A stretch of 53,887 bases of DNA from Bacilli bacterium. Lineage in GTDB: Bacteria > Bacillota_I > Bacilli_A > RFN20 > CAG-826. Shown here in pieces: positions 29,591-39,738 of the stretch (the stretch's first letter is position 1; each line of letters starts with the position of its first letter). The DNA is taken from NCBI GenBank assembly GCA_036649855.1, contig JAVWAV010000004.1, positions 23,011-76,897 on the forward strand. The letters run 5' to 3'. The position numbers were made by a program, and so were the translations under genes. Under the pieces are notes generated by a model. The model searched no databases, was not told the origin of the DNA, and worked only from the letters and a program-made list of their open reading frames with translations.

Positions 29591-31369
29591 TTATTTAGTT
29601 GGAAACTTCTTACGATTAGCATCAAACGACGTATGTAATAAATGGTGAGCACGCTCGCCATTTGGCTCTCCTAAATATTCATCATATAGTTTAATGATAT
29701 CAGGATTGGCGTGTGATCTTCTAATTGGACGTCCTTCATCTTCTTTATATAATACTTCAGCTCTAAGGGCTTTATATGTTTCAAGGATATTATCAGCTTC
29801 ATTTGGTAAGAACATTTTCTTCACAAATGGTTGACCACCTCCAGCAATACAGCCACCTGGGCAACCCATAATTTCAATAAATTGATATTTACTCTTATTT
29901 TCTTTAATATCTTCAAGTAGAATCTTAGCGTTATTCATGCCACTTGCTACAGCAATTGATATTTTCATACCAGCAATTGTCACATCAGCATGTTTAATTC
30001 CTTCTAGTCCTCTAATTGGAGTAAATGAAATTGGTTCAAGTTCTTTTCCGGTTAAAATATGATATGCTGTTCTAACAGCAGCTTCCATAACTCCACCAGT
30101 AACACCAAATATGACACCAGCTCCACTATAATCACCAAGTAAATCTTGATCAAATGTTTCATTTGTTGGTAACTTATTCCAGGCAATACCAGCACGTTTA
30201 ATAATGCGGGCTACCTCACGAGTTGTAAGAACAATATCAACATCTGCTCTACCATCAGTTTTATTTGCTTCTCTTTCTTTTTCAAACTTCTTTGCCGTAC
30301 ATGGCATAATTGAAACAGTGACAATATTATCAGGATTTAAATTATGACGTTCAGCAAAATAAGTTTTAATAATAGCTCCCATCATTTCATGAGGAGATTT
30401 GCAAGTTGAAAGGTGTGGAATAAGTTCTGGATAGAAATATTCACAGTAATTAATCCATCCTGGAGAACAAGAAGTAATCATTGGAATAACTCCATCAAGT
30501 GAAGTTAATCTTTTAACAAGTTCATTAGCTTCTTCCATAATTGTAAGATCGGCTCCAAAGTTTGTATCAAATACTCTATAGAATCCTAATCTATGAAGAG
30601 CAGCAATCATTTTTGCTGTACCAGAGGTACCAATACGTTCTCCAAATTCTTCGGCAATAGCAGCTCTAACGGCTGGAGCGGTTTGGACAATGACTGTCTT
30701 ACCTTCTTTAAAAGCTTTATCGAGTTTATCAATTTCGCTATGTTCACTTAAGGCACCTGTTGGACAAACTGCGACGCATTGTCCACATTGCATACAAGGA
30801 GTAGTAGCAAAACTTCTATTTCCGGCTGGAGCAACAATGGTGTTAAATCCACGTTTTTCAAAGCCTAAGATGCCAATTCCTTGGGTATCTTTACAAGCCT
30901 CAATACATCTTCCACAAAGAATACATTTTGAGGTATCTCTAATAAGACCTGGAGCAAGTTCATCAAGAGTAGATGGAGTTTTAACTCCTTCATACATATC
31001 ATCCCTTGCACCAACAAGTTTTGCTACTTCAAGTAATTCACACTTGCCGTTTTTAACACATTGTTGGCAGTTTTTATTATGATTTGATAAAAGTAATTCA
31101 ACTGAAGTTCTACGAGCTTCAACAGCTTTAACGTCAGATATCGAAATTTCCATTCCTTCGTTAACTGGATAAACGCATGATGCAACAAGTCCTCTAGCTC
31201 CTTTTACAGCAACTAAACAAACACGACATGAGGCAAGTGAGCATCTACCATTTTTAAATGTACAAAGAGTAGGAATATCATATCCGCAGCTACGAGCTGC
31301 TTCAAGTATCGTAAGTGAAGAATCAACTTGGTAAGCTTGACCTTCGATTTTAATATTTACAAGTCCCAT
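29591..31369 (-). CDS. hydA: [FeFe]-hydrogenase catalytic subunit (HydA, multimeric NAD(P)/ferredoxin-linked type)
   Basis: 592 aa. It has an N-terminal 2Fe-2S domain plus several 4Fe-4S Cys clusters. H-cluster motifs MPCTAKKFE and EIMGCPGGCIAGGGQP are present. The first H-cluster motif reads TSCSPGW rather than TSCCPxW. Confidence 0.92.
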   Translation of the reverse strand: MGLVNIKIEGQAYQVDSSLTILEAARSCGYDIPTLCTFKNGRCSLASCRVCLVAVKGARGLVASCVYPVNEGMEISISDVKAVEARRTSVELLLSNHNKNCQQCVKNGKCELLEVAKLVGARDDMYEGVKTPSTLDELAPGLIRDTSKCILCGRCIEACKDTQGIGILGFEKRGFNTIVAPAGNRSFATTPCMQCGQCVAVCPTGALSEHSEIDKLDKAFKEGKTVIVQTAPAVRAAIAEEFGERIGTSGTAKMIAALHRLGFYRVFDTNFGADLTIMEEANELVKRLTSLDGVIPMITSCSPGWINYCEYFYPELIPHLSTCKSPHEMMGAIIKTYFAERHNLNPDNIVTVSIMPCTAKKFEKEREANKTDGRADVDIVLTTREVARIIKRAGIAWNKLPTNETFDQDLLGDYSGAGVIFGVTGGVMEAAVRTAYHILTGKELEPISFTPIRGLEGIKHADVTIAGMKISIAVASGMNNAKILLEDIKENKSKYQFIEIMGCPGGCIAGGGQPFVKKMFLPNEADNILETYKALRAEVLYKEDEGRPIRRSHANPDIIKLYDEYLGEPNGERAHHLLHTSFDANRKKFPTK

Positions 31370-31384
31370 TATTTATTTTCCCCC

Positions 31385-33256
31385 TTACTTCTTTACGATG
31401 GCACCGAATTTACATGCCTCGATACAAGAACCACATTTGATACATTTAACTTGATCAATAACAAATGGTTCTTTGCCAATTACGCCACTAATAGCGTTAA
31501 CTGGACATTGTCTGCTACATAAACTACATTTCTTACACTTTTCAGGAATAATCGAGATAGTTAATAAGTGTTTACATACACCTGCTTCACATTTCTTATC
31601 GACAATATGAGCAATATATTCATCTTTAAATTTATTTAAGGTACATAAGACTGGGTTTGGTGCTGTTTGACCAAGTCCACAAAGTGAACCAGTCTTAATT
31701 GCTTCTCCTAAAGAATATAAATGATCTATATCTTCCATTTCACCTTTACCATCAGCAATTCTTGTTAATATTTCAAGAATACGTTTAGTACCGATTCGAC
31801 AAGGAGAACATTTACCACAAGATTCATCGCAGATAAAGTCCATATAGAACTTAGCCACGTCAACCATGCAGTTATCTTCATCCATAACAATAGCACCACC
31901 TGATCCCATCATACTGCCTTTAGCAATAAGTGAATCATAATCAATTGCAACATCAAGATCATCAGCATTTAAACATCCACCTGATGGTCCACCCGTTTGA
32001 ATAGCTTTAAATTTCTTACCATTAGGAATTCCACCACCAATATCGTAAATTAATTCACGAAGAGTAGTGCCCATTGGTACTTCAACTAAACCAACGTTAT
32101 TAACCTTGCCTCCAAGAGCAAAGACTTTAGTACCTTTAGATTTTTCAGTACCAATTTTACTATATTCTTCTGCACCAACATTAATAATATATGGAACCGT
32201 AGCAAGTGTTTCAACGTTATTAATAATAGTTGGTTTTCCCCATAATCCACTAACTGCTGGAAATGGTGGACGTGGACGTGGCATACCACGTTTTCCTTCA
32301 ATACTATTTAATAATGCTGTTTCTTCTCCACAAACAAAGGCACCAGCTCCAAGTCTAATATGGACATGGAATTCAAAATCTGTACCTAAAATATGTTCTC
32401 CTAATAAGCCAATTTCATTAGCTTCAAGGATTGCTTTTCTTAAACGAGCAACCGCAATTGGATATTCAGCACGTACATAAAAATAACCATTTTTAGCACC
32501 AATTGCGTAGCCGGCAATCATCATACCTTCAATTACATCAAGTGGATTTCCTTCAAGAATCGAACGATCCATAAAGGCACCTGGGTCACCCTCATCACCA
32601 TTACAAACGACATATTTTTCATCATTTTTTTCATTTAAAGCAAATTGCCATTTTCTACCAGTTGGGAATCCAGCTCCGCCTCTACCGCGTAATCCTGATT
32701 TTAATATTTCATTAATTACGTCTTGTTGTGGCATATGAAGAACTTTTTTAAGGGCACTAAATGCACCATATCCAAGTGCTTCTTCAATATTTTCTGGATC
32801 AATTGTTCCACATCCGTGGAGAGCAATTCTCTTTTGTTTTTTGTAGAAGTTAATATCGTCTTGTTTTTTAACTTTTTCTTTTGTTTGAGGATCAATATAT
32901 AATAGTTCTTCAACAATTTCTCCACCTAAAATATCTTTTTCGATAATTTTATCAGCATCGGCAATAGTAACGCCGCGATAAAGGGTATCTTCTGGAAATA
33001 TTTTAACAAATGGACCTTGTGAACAGAAACCAAAACAGCCAACAATGTTAGCAGTAACGATATCTTCTAAGTGTTTTTCTTTAATTAATTCATGAAATCT
33101 ATCAAGAATTTCTTGAGAGTTAGAAGAAAGACAGCCCGTACCACCACAAACAACGATTGCACGTTTGCCATTTTCTCCTGTAAACTTTTTATTTAAGCAT
33201 TCACTACAGGAATGAAGCTTTTTATCTAATTCAGTAAAATTATTAATTTTTTCCAT
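31385..33256 (-). CDS. hydB: NuoF-like flavoprotein subunit of the hydrogenase (HydB)
   Basis: 623 aa. It has an N-terminal thioredoxin-like Cys domain, the GGAGFPTGRKW FMN/NAD(H) block, the SCGKCSPCR cluster motif, and two C-terminal CxxCxxCxxxC ferredoxin motifs. Confidence 0.9.
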   Translation of the reverse strand: MEKINNFTELDKKLHSCSECLNKKFTGENGKRAIVVCGGTGCLSSNSQEILDRFHELIKEKHLEDIVTANIVGCFGFCSQGPFVKIFPEDTLYRGVTIADADKIIEKDILGGEIVEELLYIDPQTKEKVKKQDDINFYKKQKRIALHGCGTIDPENIEEALGYGAFSALKKVLHMPQQDVINEILKSGLRGRGGAGFPTGRKWQFALNEKNDEKYVVCNGDEGDPGAFMDRSILEGNPLDVIEGMMIAGYAIGAKNGYFYVRAEYPIAVARLRKAILEANEIGLLGEHILGTDFEFHVHIRLGAGAFVCGEETALLNSIEGKRGMPRPRPPFPAVSGLWGKPTIINNVETLATVPYIINVGAEEYSKIGTEKSKGTKVFALGGKVNNVGLVEVPMGTTLRELIYDIGGGIPNGKKFKAIQTGGPSGGCLNADDLDVAIDYDSLIAKGSMMGSGGAIVMDEDNCMVDVAKFYMDFICDESCGKCSPCRIGTKRILEILTRIADGKGEMEDIDHLYSLGEAIKTGSLCGLGQTAPNPVLCTLNKFKDEYIAHIVDKKCEAGVCKHLLTISIIPEKCKKCSLCSRQCPVNAISGVIGKEPFVIDQVKCIKCGSCIEACKFGAIVKK

Positions 33257-33258
33257 AC

Positions 33259-33738
33259 TTAATTCTCCTTAGCAGTGTATTCAGCAATTATCTTTTTAAC
33301 TGCATCAAGTGAAACTTTAGGATAAACCTTACCATTTATTGAAACAGCAGGAGCAATACCACATGCACCAATGCATCTTAATGCATCAAGAGTAAATAAC
33401 CCATCAGCAGTTGTTTCTCCTGGTTTAATATGTAATACTTCACTAAATTTATCTAAGACATTTTGTCCGCCTTTAACGTAACAAGCAGTACCTAAACAAA
33501 CTCCAACTACATACTTTCCTTTTGGATTAAGTGAGAAGAAGGAATAAAATGTTACCACTCCATAAATATCTGAAACAGGGACTTTTGTCTCCTCAGAAAT
33601 GATTTCTTGGACGTCAAGTGGAATATATCCATATTCTCTTTGAACATCACTTAATATAAGCATCATTGGAGTTGGTTCATCGACGTATCTTTTACAGATA
33701 CTTTTGATAAAATCAACGGATTCTTTTTTTAAAGCCAT
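33259..33738 (-). CDS. hydC: NuoE-like 2Fe-2S subunit of the hydrogenase (HydC)
   Basis: 159 aa. It has the thioredoxin-like ferredoxin pattern (VCLGTACYVKG ... RCIGACGIAP). It is the first gene of the operon and is preceded by the SD AGGAG. Confidence 0.88.
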   Translation of the reverse strand: MALKKESVDFIKSICKRYVDEPTPMMLILSDVQREYGYIPLDVQEIISEETKVPVSDIYGVVTFYSFFSLNPKGKYVVGVCLGTACYVKGGQNVLDKFSEVLHIKPGETTADGLFTLDALRCIGACGIAPAVSINGKVYPKVSLDAVKKIIAEYTAKEN

Positions 33739-33886
33739 AGTTATCTCCTATTAATATGTACTATATAATTATATCTATAAACCGTTCTAATTAAAAGAGC
33801 ATTTAAAATAAATTACCGATTAATTCGAGTTTCGTTTTAGAATAACTTTTAAAATAAGGAATAAGCAAAATATATTGTTTATTCAT

Positions 33887-33911
33887 AAAAAAACGTGCGA
33901 AAATCGCACGT
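33887..33911 (-). terminator. Rho-independent terminator after rplQ (end of the alpha operon)
   Basis: The stem ACGTGCGA / TCGCACGT has a 3-nt loop, followed on the minus strand by a T7 run. Confidence 0.78.
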
Positions 33912-33922
33912 TTATTTGTTTT

Positions 33923-34327
33923 TTACTTTGACCAGGTAATTAATCTTAATTCAGCATTATCGCCTTTGCGATTTGCGACCTTAAGCATTTTTGCATAACC
34001 ACCATTAACGCCTTCAAATCTTTTAACGGTTTCGTTAAATAATTTGTCGAGTGCAATGTCGCCATTTGCTGCATCAACAACATATGGTCTAAGAATTGCG
34101 CTTGCTTGACGTCTTGAATGTAAATCTCCACATTTTGCAAGTGTAACTAAATGATCTGCTACTTTGACTAAATTTCCTGCGACGCTTGTTGTAACAATAA
34201 CCTTATCGTGAACGACAAGTTCGGTTGCAACGTTGCGAAGTAAATTCTTTTTCTTTGATGAGGTATAACCAGCCTTAAATCTAACACCGGTTTTACCATG
34301 TACGTTTTTACGTCCTTGTGCTGCCAT
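33923..34327 (-). CDS. rplQ: 50S ribosomal protein L17
   Basis: 134 aa. It has the GDLHSRRQA block and a GGY..M.K C-terminal block. It is the last gene of the alpha operon. Confidence 0.94.
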   Translation of the reverse strand: MAAQGRKNVHGKTGVRFKAGYTSSKKKNLLRNVATELVVHDKVIVTTSVAGNLVKVADHLVTLAKCGDLHSRRQASAILRPYVVDAANGDIALDKLFNETVKRFEGVNGGYAKMLKVANRKGDNAELRLITWSK

Positions 34328-34343
34328 ATTGAATTATCCTCCC

Positions 34344-35315
34344 TTAATTACTTTTCTTGAAGGATAAACCGTTTGCGGCTAATTTATCTTCAATTTCTTT
34401 TAATGACTTTTTACCTAAATTTCTAAGTTTCATCATTTCATCTTCGCTCTTTTGTGAAAGCTCGATGACTGTTTGAATACCTTGACGTTTTAAGCAATTA
34501 TACGATCTTACTGATAGGTCTAAATCTTCAATTGACATATTTGTAAATTTATCAACTGGTTCAGCTTCCTTATCTTTAAATGCATCAATACTTGAGACTA
34601 TTTCATCAAGATCAATGAATTTTTCGAAGTGAATGATTAACATTTGAGCACCCATTGCAACTGCTTCGGATGGTGTAATACTTCCATCAGTAGTAACTTC
34701 TAATTTTAAAAGATCAAATCTTGAATCGTGACCAACACGAGTTGGTTCGACTTCGTAATTAACTTTTACAATTGGAGAGTAATTACTATCGGTAGCGATA
34801 AGACCAACAGTCTTATCAGTACTTGATATTTGTTTGTTTTCATCACATGTGACGTATCCTCTACCATTACGGGCAAAGATACTCATATGTAAATGACCAC
34901 CTTCTTCAAGATGTGCAATCTCTAAATCACCATTAATGACAGTAACATCATGTGGAACGATAATGTCTTTTGCACAAACTGTACAAGGTCCATCTAATTC
35001 TATTTCAAGACGTTTACTTTCTTCAGTGTCATCATCTATTTTTAAAATTAATTGTTTTAAGTTTAAGATAATAGTAGTGACATCTTCGTAGATTCCACTA
35101 ATAGCACTGAATTCATGAAGAGCGCCTTCAATATTAATAGCATAAACACTTGCGCCTGGAAGTGCACTTAATAAAACTCTACGTAAAGCATTACCAATTG
35201 TTAAGCCAAAACCTTTTTCAAGTGGTTTGATTTCAAACTCACCAAAAGTTTTTGAATCATCTTCTTTTGCAATACTAAATTCAGGTTTTTCGAATGCATG
35301 TATTAATTTACTCAT
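34344..35315 (-). CDS. rpoA: DNA-directed RNA polymerase subunit alpha
   Basis: 323 aa. It has NALRRVLLS in the N-terminal domain and a C-terminal domain with LDLSVRSYNCLKR. Confidence 0.97.
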   Translation of the reverse strand: MSKLIHAFEKPEFSIAKEDDSKTFGEFEIKPLEKGFGLTIGNALRRVLLSALPGASVYAINIEGALHEFSAISGIYEDVTTIILNLKQLILKIDDDTEESKRLEIELDGPCTVCAKDIIVPHDVTVINGDLEIAHLEEGGHLHMSIFARNGRGYVTCDENKQISSTDKTVGLIATDSNYSPIVKVNYEVEPTRVGHDSRFDLLKLEVTTDGSITPSEAVAMGAQMLIIHFEKFIDLDEIVSSIDAFKDKEAEPVDKFTNMSIEDLDLSVRSYNCLKRQGIQTVIELSQKSEDEMMKLRNLGKKSLKEIEDKLAANGLSFKKSN

Positions 35316-35345
35316 TATTACGTTCTCCTTTTAAATGTTTCCAAA

Positions 35346-35735
35346 CTAACCACGAGGGCGTTTTGGAGGACGGCATCCATTATGTGGTACTGGTGTAGTA
35401 TCGGTAATAGATAAAATGGTCAATCCACCAACTGTTAATGATCTAACGGCGGTTTCTCTTCCTGATCCTGTTCCTTTAACAAAAACATCTACTGACTTAA
35501 GTCCTTGTTCACCTGCTGCTTTAGCTGCTTGTTCAGCGGCTTGTTGAGCGGCATATGGTGTTCCTTTTTTAGCGCCTTTATAGCCTAAAGCACCAGCTGA
35601 AGACCAAGCAATTGCATTGCCTTGTTCATCAGTGATGGTAACAATTGTGTTATTAAATGTACAATGAATATGTGCAAATCCTTTAGTAAAGGCTCTTTTA
35701 ATTTTTTTCTTTTTAGTTAACTTTTTATCTGCCAT
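35346..35735 (-). CDS. rpsK: 30S ribosomal protein S11
   Basis: 129 aa. Typical S11, with a C-terminus ending [11 protein letters not shown]. Confidence 0.97.
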   Translation of the reverse strand: MADKKLTKKKKIKRAFTKGFAHIHCTFNNTIVTITDEQGNAIAWSSAGALGYKGAKKGTPYAAQQAAEQAAKAAGEQGLKSVDVFVKGTGSGRETAVRSLTVGGLTILSITDTTPVPHNGCRPPKRPRG

Positions 35736-35753
35736 AACTTTCTCCTTTACTCC

Positions 35754-36128
35754 TTATTGACTTGCTTTCTTCTTGTTAGCAATTGTCTTCTTTGGTCCCT
35801 TTCTAGTTCTTGCGTTGTTCTTGGTTGTTTGTCCACGAACAGGAAGTCCTTTTTTATGACGGGAGCCACGGTATGAACCGATTTCCTCTAATCTTTTAAT
35901 GTTTAAAGCAACTTCTCTACGTAAGTCACCTTCTACTTTATGTTTAGTAATTTGAACACGAAGAGCACTTAATTGTTCTTCAGTTAATTCTTTTACTCTT
36001 GTTGTTGAATCAACTTTAGCTGCTTCACAAATTTCAAGTGCAAGAGTTCTGCCGATACCATATATATATGTTAGGCTATAACCTACTTGCTTGTCATTTG
36101 GAATGTCTACTCCAACTATTCTTGCCAT
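35754..36128 (-). CDS. rpsM: 30S ribosomal protein S13
   Basis: 124 aa. It starts [10 protein letters not shown]. Confidence 0.97.
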   Translation of the reverse strand: MARIVGVDIPNDKQVGYSLTYIYGIGRTLALEICEAAKVDSTTRVKELTEEQLSALRVQITKHKVEGDLRREVALNIKRLEEIGSYRGSRHKKGLPVRGQTTKNNARTRKGPKKTIANKKKASQ

Positions 36129-36147
36129 AATTAATTATTCCTCCTAA

Positions 36148-36261
36148 TTAACCTTGTCTTTGTTTGTGTTTAGGATTAGAACAGATAACCATGACTTTGC
36201 CATGTCTTCTGACTACCTTACACTTGTCACAAATTGGTTTTACGGATGGTCTTACTTTCAT
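36148..36261 (-). CDS. rpmJ: 50S ribosomal protein L36
   Basis: This is below the ORF-track cut-off. My hand translation is [37 protein letters not shown] (37 aa). The SD AGGAGG lies upstream. Confidence 0.93.
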   Translation of the reverse strand: MKVRPSVKPICDKCKVVRRHGKVMVICSNPKHKQRQG

Positions 36262-36279
36262 AATAATTCCTCCTCTTGT

Positions 36280-36498
36280 TTATTTATAACGATAAGTAAT
36301 TCTGCCCTGTTTTAAATCATACGGCGAGATATCTACACTAACTTTATCACCTGGAAAAATGCGAATATTGTTTAAACGGATTTTACCAGAAACAGTAGCT
36401 ATGATAGTGTAACCATTCTCGAGCTCTACTTTAAACTTAACGTTTGGTAGGGCTTCTTTGACAATCGCCGTTACATTGATAACATCTTCTTTAGCCAT
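36280..36498 (-). CDS. infA: Translation initiation factor IF-1
   Basis: 72 aa with an S1-like fold sequence (MAKEDVI...GRITYRYK). Confidence 0.96.
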   Translation of the reverse strand: MAKEDVINVTAIVKEALPNVKFKVELENGYTIIATVSGKIRLNNIRIFPGDKVSVDISPYDLKQGRITYRYK

Positions 36499-37259
36499 TA
36501 ATAATTTTCCTCTTTACATGTTAATATTTTTGCCCCATTAGCAGTAACTAATACGGTATTTTCATAATGTGAACTTAATGATCCGTCTCTTATTCTAACG
36601 GTCCAGCCGTCAGAAGCGACTTCAACAATAGGTGACCCACTAGTGATCATTGGTTCAATAGCAAGTGTCATGCCTTCAAGAAGCCTAACACCTGTTCCAG
36701 GAGTCCCATAATTTGGAATAAAGGGATCTTCATGCATTTCACGGCCAACTCCGTGTCCGGTATAATCGCGAAGTACTGAGCAAGAAGCAGCTTTTACTAC
36801 TTCTTCAATACGTCCACAAATATCACCTAAATGTACGCCTGGTTTAATTAGCGCAATTCCTTCGAAGAATGCTAATTTAGAAACTTCAATAATACGCTTT
36901 GCTTCGTTAGACACTTCTCCAACTGGATAAGTTCTACAAGCATCGGTAACGTAACCTTCATAAGTTACACACACATCGAGCGAAATAATATCACCTTTTT
37001 TAAGTATCTTGTGCTTGCTTGGAATTCCATGTAATACGACATCGTTTACCGATGCGCAGATAGCAGCGGGAAATCCTTCGAAACCTTTTTCGGTTGGAAA
37101 GCCTCCACGCTCAATAATGAAATTTTCGGCAAGTCGAGAGAGTTTTAATGTATTCACTCCAGGAACAATAAAGGGTTCTAAATAAACAAATAAATCGCCC
37201 AATATTGCCCCGGAAATTTCCATTAATTCAATCTCACGAGTAGACTTAATAGATATCAT
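36498..37259 (-). CDS. map: Methionine aminopeptidase type I
   Basis: 253 aa. Metal-ligand blocks are present ([22 protein letters not shown]). Confidence 0.95.
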   Translation of the reverse strand: MISIKSTREIELMEISGAILGDLFVYLEPFIVPGVNTLKLSRLAENFIIERGGFPTEKGFEGFPAAICASVNDVVLHGIPSKHKILKKGDIISLDVCVTYEGYVTDACRTYPVGEVSNEAKRIIEVSKLAFFEGIALIKPGVHLGDICGRIEEVVKAASCSVLRDYTGHGVGREMHEDPFIPNYGTPGTGVRLLEGMTLAIEPMITSGSPIVEVASDGWTVRIRDGSLSSHYENTVLVTANGAKILTCKEENY

Positions 37260-37264
37260 ATATC

Positions 37265-37918
37265 TTATTTTCCCTCGATTAGAGTTTTAACGTCTTTAAA
37301 AGTGTTATCAGCACCGACACCACCATCAACAGTTTCAAGCAAATGTCTTGTTCTATAGAACTCAACTAATGGTTTGGTTTGTTTATTGTAGTGTTCTAAT
37401 CTTACTTTGAAAGCATCAACGTTATCATCGTTTCTCGTAATAAGCTTACTTCCACATACATCACACACGCCTTCAACTTTTGAAGGGATGTTACGTACGT
37501 GATAAGATGCGCCGCATTTCGAGCAAACTCTTCTACCACTAATTCGATCAATTAAGATTTCGGTTTCGACTTCTATATTAATTACAAGATTTACTTCTCT
37601 TTTAATTTCACGAGTCAGCTCTTCAAGAGCAATGGCTTGTGGAATTGTACGTGGGAAACCGTCTAGTAAATAACCATCACTACAATCGGATTTAGAAAGT
37701 CTAGATTTCACGATTGCGATTGTAACATCATCAGGTACTAAATTCCCTTTAGAAATAAAACTATTAGCAAGTAAACCTAATTCGGTTCCGGCCTTAATTT
37801 CTTCTCTAAACATATCTCCTGTAGAAATATGTGGAATTTTGTAGATCTCAACTATGCGTTGAGCTTGGGTACCTTTTCCTGCTCCAGGAGCACCAAGTAG
37901 AATAATATTTTTATTCAT
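37265..37918 (-). CDS. adk: Adenylate kinase
   Basis: 217 aa. It has a GAPGAGKGTQ P-loop and a zinc-lid CxxC...CxxC. Confidence 0.96.
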   Translation of the reverse strand: MNKNIILLGAPGAGKGTQAQRIVEIYKIPHISTGDMFREEIKAGTELGLLANSFISKGNLVPDDVTIAIVKSRLSKSDCSDGYLLDGFPRTIPQAIALEELTREIKREVNLVINIEVETEILIDRISGRRVCSKCGASYHVRNIPSKVEGVCDVCGSKLITRNDDNVDAFKVRLEHYNKQTKPLVEFYRTRHLLETVDGGVGADNTFKDVKTLIEGK

Positions 37919-37935
37919 TGTTTCTCTCCTTTTAC

Positions 37936-39279
37936 TTAAGCGTTATCATACGTCTTACCAGCAATTAAACCATTGATTTGGTTATTCAATTCAAGTGCGA
38001 CACCAACGACGATGATGAGTCCCGTTCCACCAAAGGCAAGGGACGAATCAGCACCGAAGATACCAGATAATTGAAGTACTACTGGAAGTCCTGCGATAAA
38101 TGCTAATGAAAGTGCACCAATAAATGTTACACGATTTAATACTTTACTAATATATCTTTGAGTCTCATTACCTGGACGAATACCTGGGATATAACTTCCA
38201 TTCTTTTGGAAGTTATCAGCCATTTGTTCAGGATTAATTTGCATTTGACTGTAGAAAAAAGTAAAGACAATTACAAGGGTTAAATAAATCAATAACCCCC
38301 GTGGCATAGGCCACGTAGAACCATCAGGTCCTGGCATCATAAATGATTCACTTATCGAGAATATTTTGAGCCAACTAGCTGAGGCTGCATCTCCACTTAT
38401 AAAGGATGCAATAACGCTTGGAGCGCTTAGCAAACTTGAAGCAAAGATGACTGGAATAACACCAGCGGAATTTACCTTAATTGGTAAGAATGATGCGCTT
38501 GCCATTTTAGCTGTTCCACCGCTTCTACCAGCACTCTGGACAGGAATCTTGCGCTTCGAACTTTCGATGAAAATAACGAAGGCGATAATTGCTAAGAATG
38601 CTAATATATATAACACAAATTGGAAGACACCCGTCAATAATTGACTTGGGTCTCGACCAGCATTGTATGTTATCCATTTTGTATAAGCTGTTCCAATTTG
38701 ATTTGGTAAGCTTACAACAATTCCCGTAAAGATAATCATGGAAATACCATTTCCGATACCTTTAGTGGTAATTTGATCACCTAGCCACATAACGAACATA
38801 CTTCCTGCCATCATAACAATAACAAGATATGCGTAAGTCCAGAAGTCAGGTGTAGTTAAAGTAACATAGGAGGAATTTTCCATCATTTTGATGATTCCAT
38901 AAGCTTGAACTGCTCCAAGCATCAGTGTTAAATAACGAGTAGTCATTTCAATTTTCTTTCTACCATATTCTCCTTGCTTGCGAAGATCGCTTAGAGCAGG
39001 TAAAACATCCATTGAAAGTAATTGAACTATAATCTGAGCGGTAATGTAAGGGGAAACGCCAAGTGCAAAGATTGAGAAATTTTGCAAAGCGCCACCACCT
39101 AATAAGTTCATAAGTGACAAAGCTGAAGTGGAATTCATTGCGTTAGATAAGTCGTCCGAGAGTGTAACTCCTGGAACGGTTACCGCAGCACCAATTCTAA
39201 AAACAAGCAAAATCATGATCGTAAAAACAATACGATTCATGATATCCCTATTTTTAAACATTGCTACAAGCTTTTTCAT
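37936..39279 (-). CDS. secY: Preprotein translocase subunit SecY
   Basis: 447 aa polytopic membrane protein at the canonical spc-operon position. Confidence 0.96.
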   Translation of the reverse strand: MKKLVAMFKNRDIMNRIVFTIMILLVFRIGAAVTVPGVTLSDDLSNAMNSTSALSLMNLLGGGALQNFSIFALGVSPYITAQIIVQLLSMDVLPALSDLRKQGEYGRKKIEMTTRYLTLMLGAVQAYGIIKMMENSSYVTLTTPDFWTYAYLVIVMMAGSMFVMWLGDQITTKGIGNGISMIIFTGIVVSLPNQIGTAYTKWITYNAGRDPSQLLTGVFQFVLYILAFLAIIAFVIFIESSKRKIPVQSAGRSGGTAKMASASFLPIKVNSAGVIPVIFASSLLSAPSVIASFISGDAASASWLKIFSISESFMMPGPDGSTWPMPRGLLIYLTLVIVFTFFYSQMQINPEQMADNFQKNGSYIPGIRPGNETQRYISKVLNRVTFIGALSLAFIAGLPVVLQLSGIFGADSSLAFGGTGLIIVVGVALELNNQINGLIAGKTYDNA

Positions 39280-39283
39280 TTAG

Positions 39284-39724
39284 TTATAAAACCTCAATAC
39301 TTCCGCCCAAATCTTCAATAGCTTTTGAAGCGGTTTTTGAAAACTTATTTGCTTTTACTGTTAATTTCTTTTTGAGCTCACCGCCACCCAAAACTTTAAG
39401 ACCATCATATTCTTTTTTAACAAGACCGGCAGCAACTAACTTAGTCATGTCAACGATTTCACCATTCTTGAAAGTATTTAATGCTTCAAGATTAATGATT
39501 GCGTATTCAGTACGTAAGGCGTTTTTAAAACCACGTTTTGGTAGTCTTCTATAAATAGGAGTTTGTCCACCTTCAAATCCAGGTCTTACACCACCACTTG
39601 TTCTGCTGTTTTGTCCCTTTGTTCCTTTACCGCATGTTTTGCCGTTTCCGGAAGCGACTCCTCTTCCTTTACGGAAGCGTTCAATTCTTGAGCCTTCTAC
39701 ATATGTTAATTCATTTAATTTCAT
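39284..39724 (-). CDS. rplO: 50S ribosomal protein L15
   Basis: 146 aa. It starts MKLNEL and has a Gly/Lys-rich N-terminal part. Confidence 0.96.
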   Translation of the reverse strand: MKLNELTYVEGSRIERFRKGRGVASGNGKTCGKGTKGQNSRTSGGVRPGFEGGQTPIYRRLPKRGFKNALRTEYAIINLEALNTFKNGEIVDMTKLVAAGLVKKEYDGLKVLGGGELKKKLTVKANKFSKTASKAIEDLGGSIEVL

Positions 39725-39738
39725 AACTTTAATTCTCC

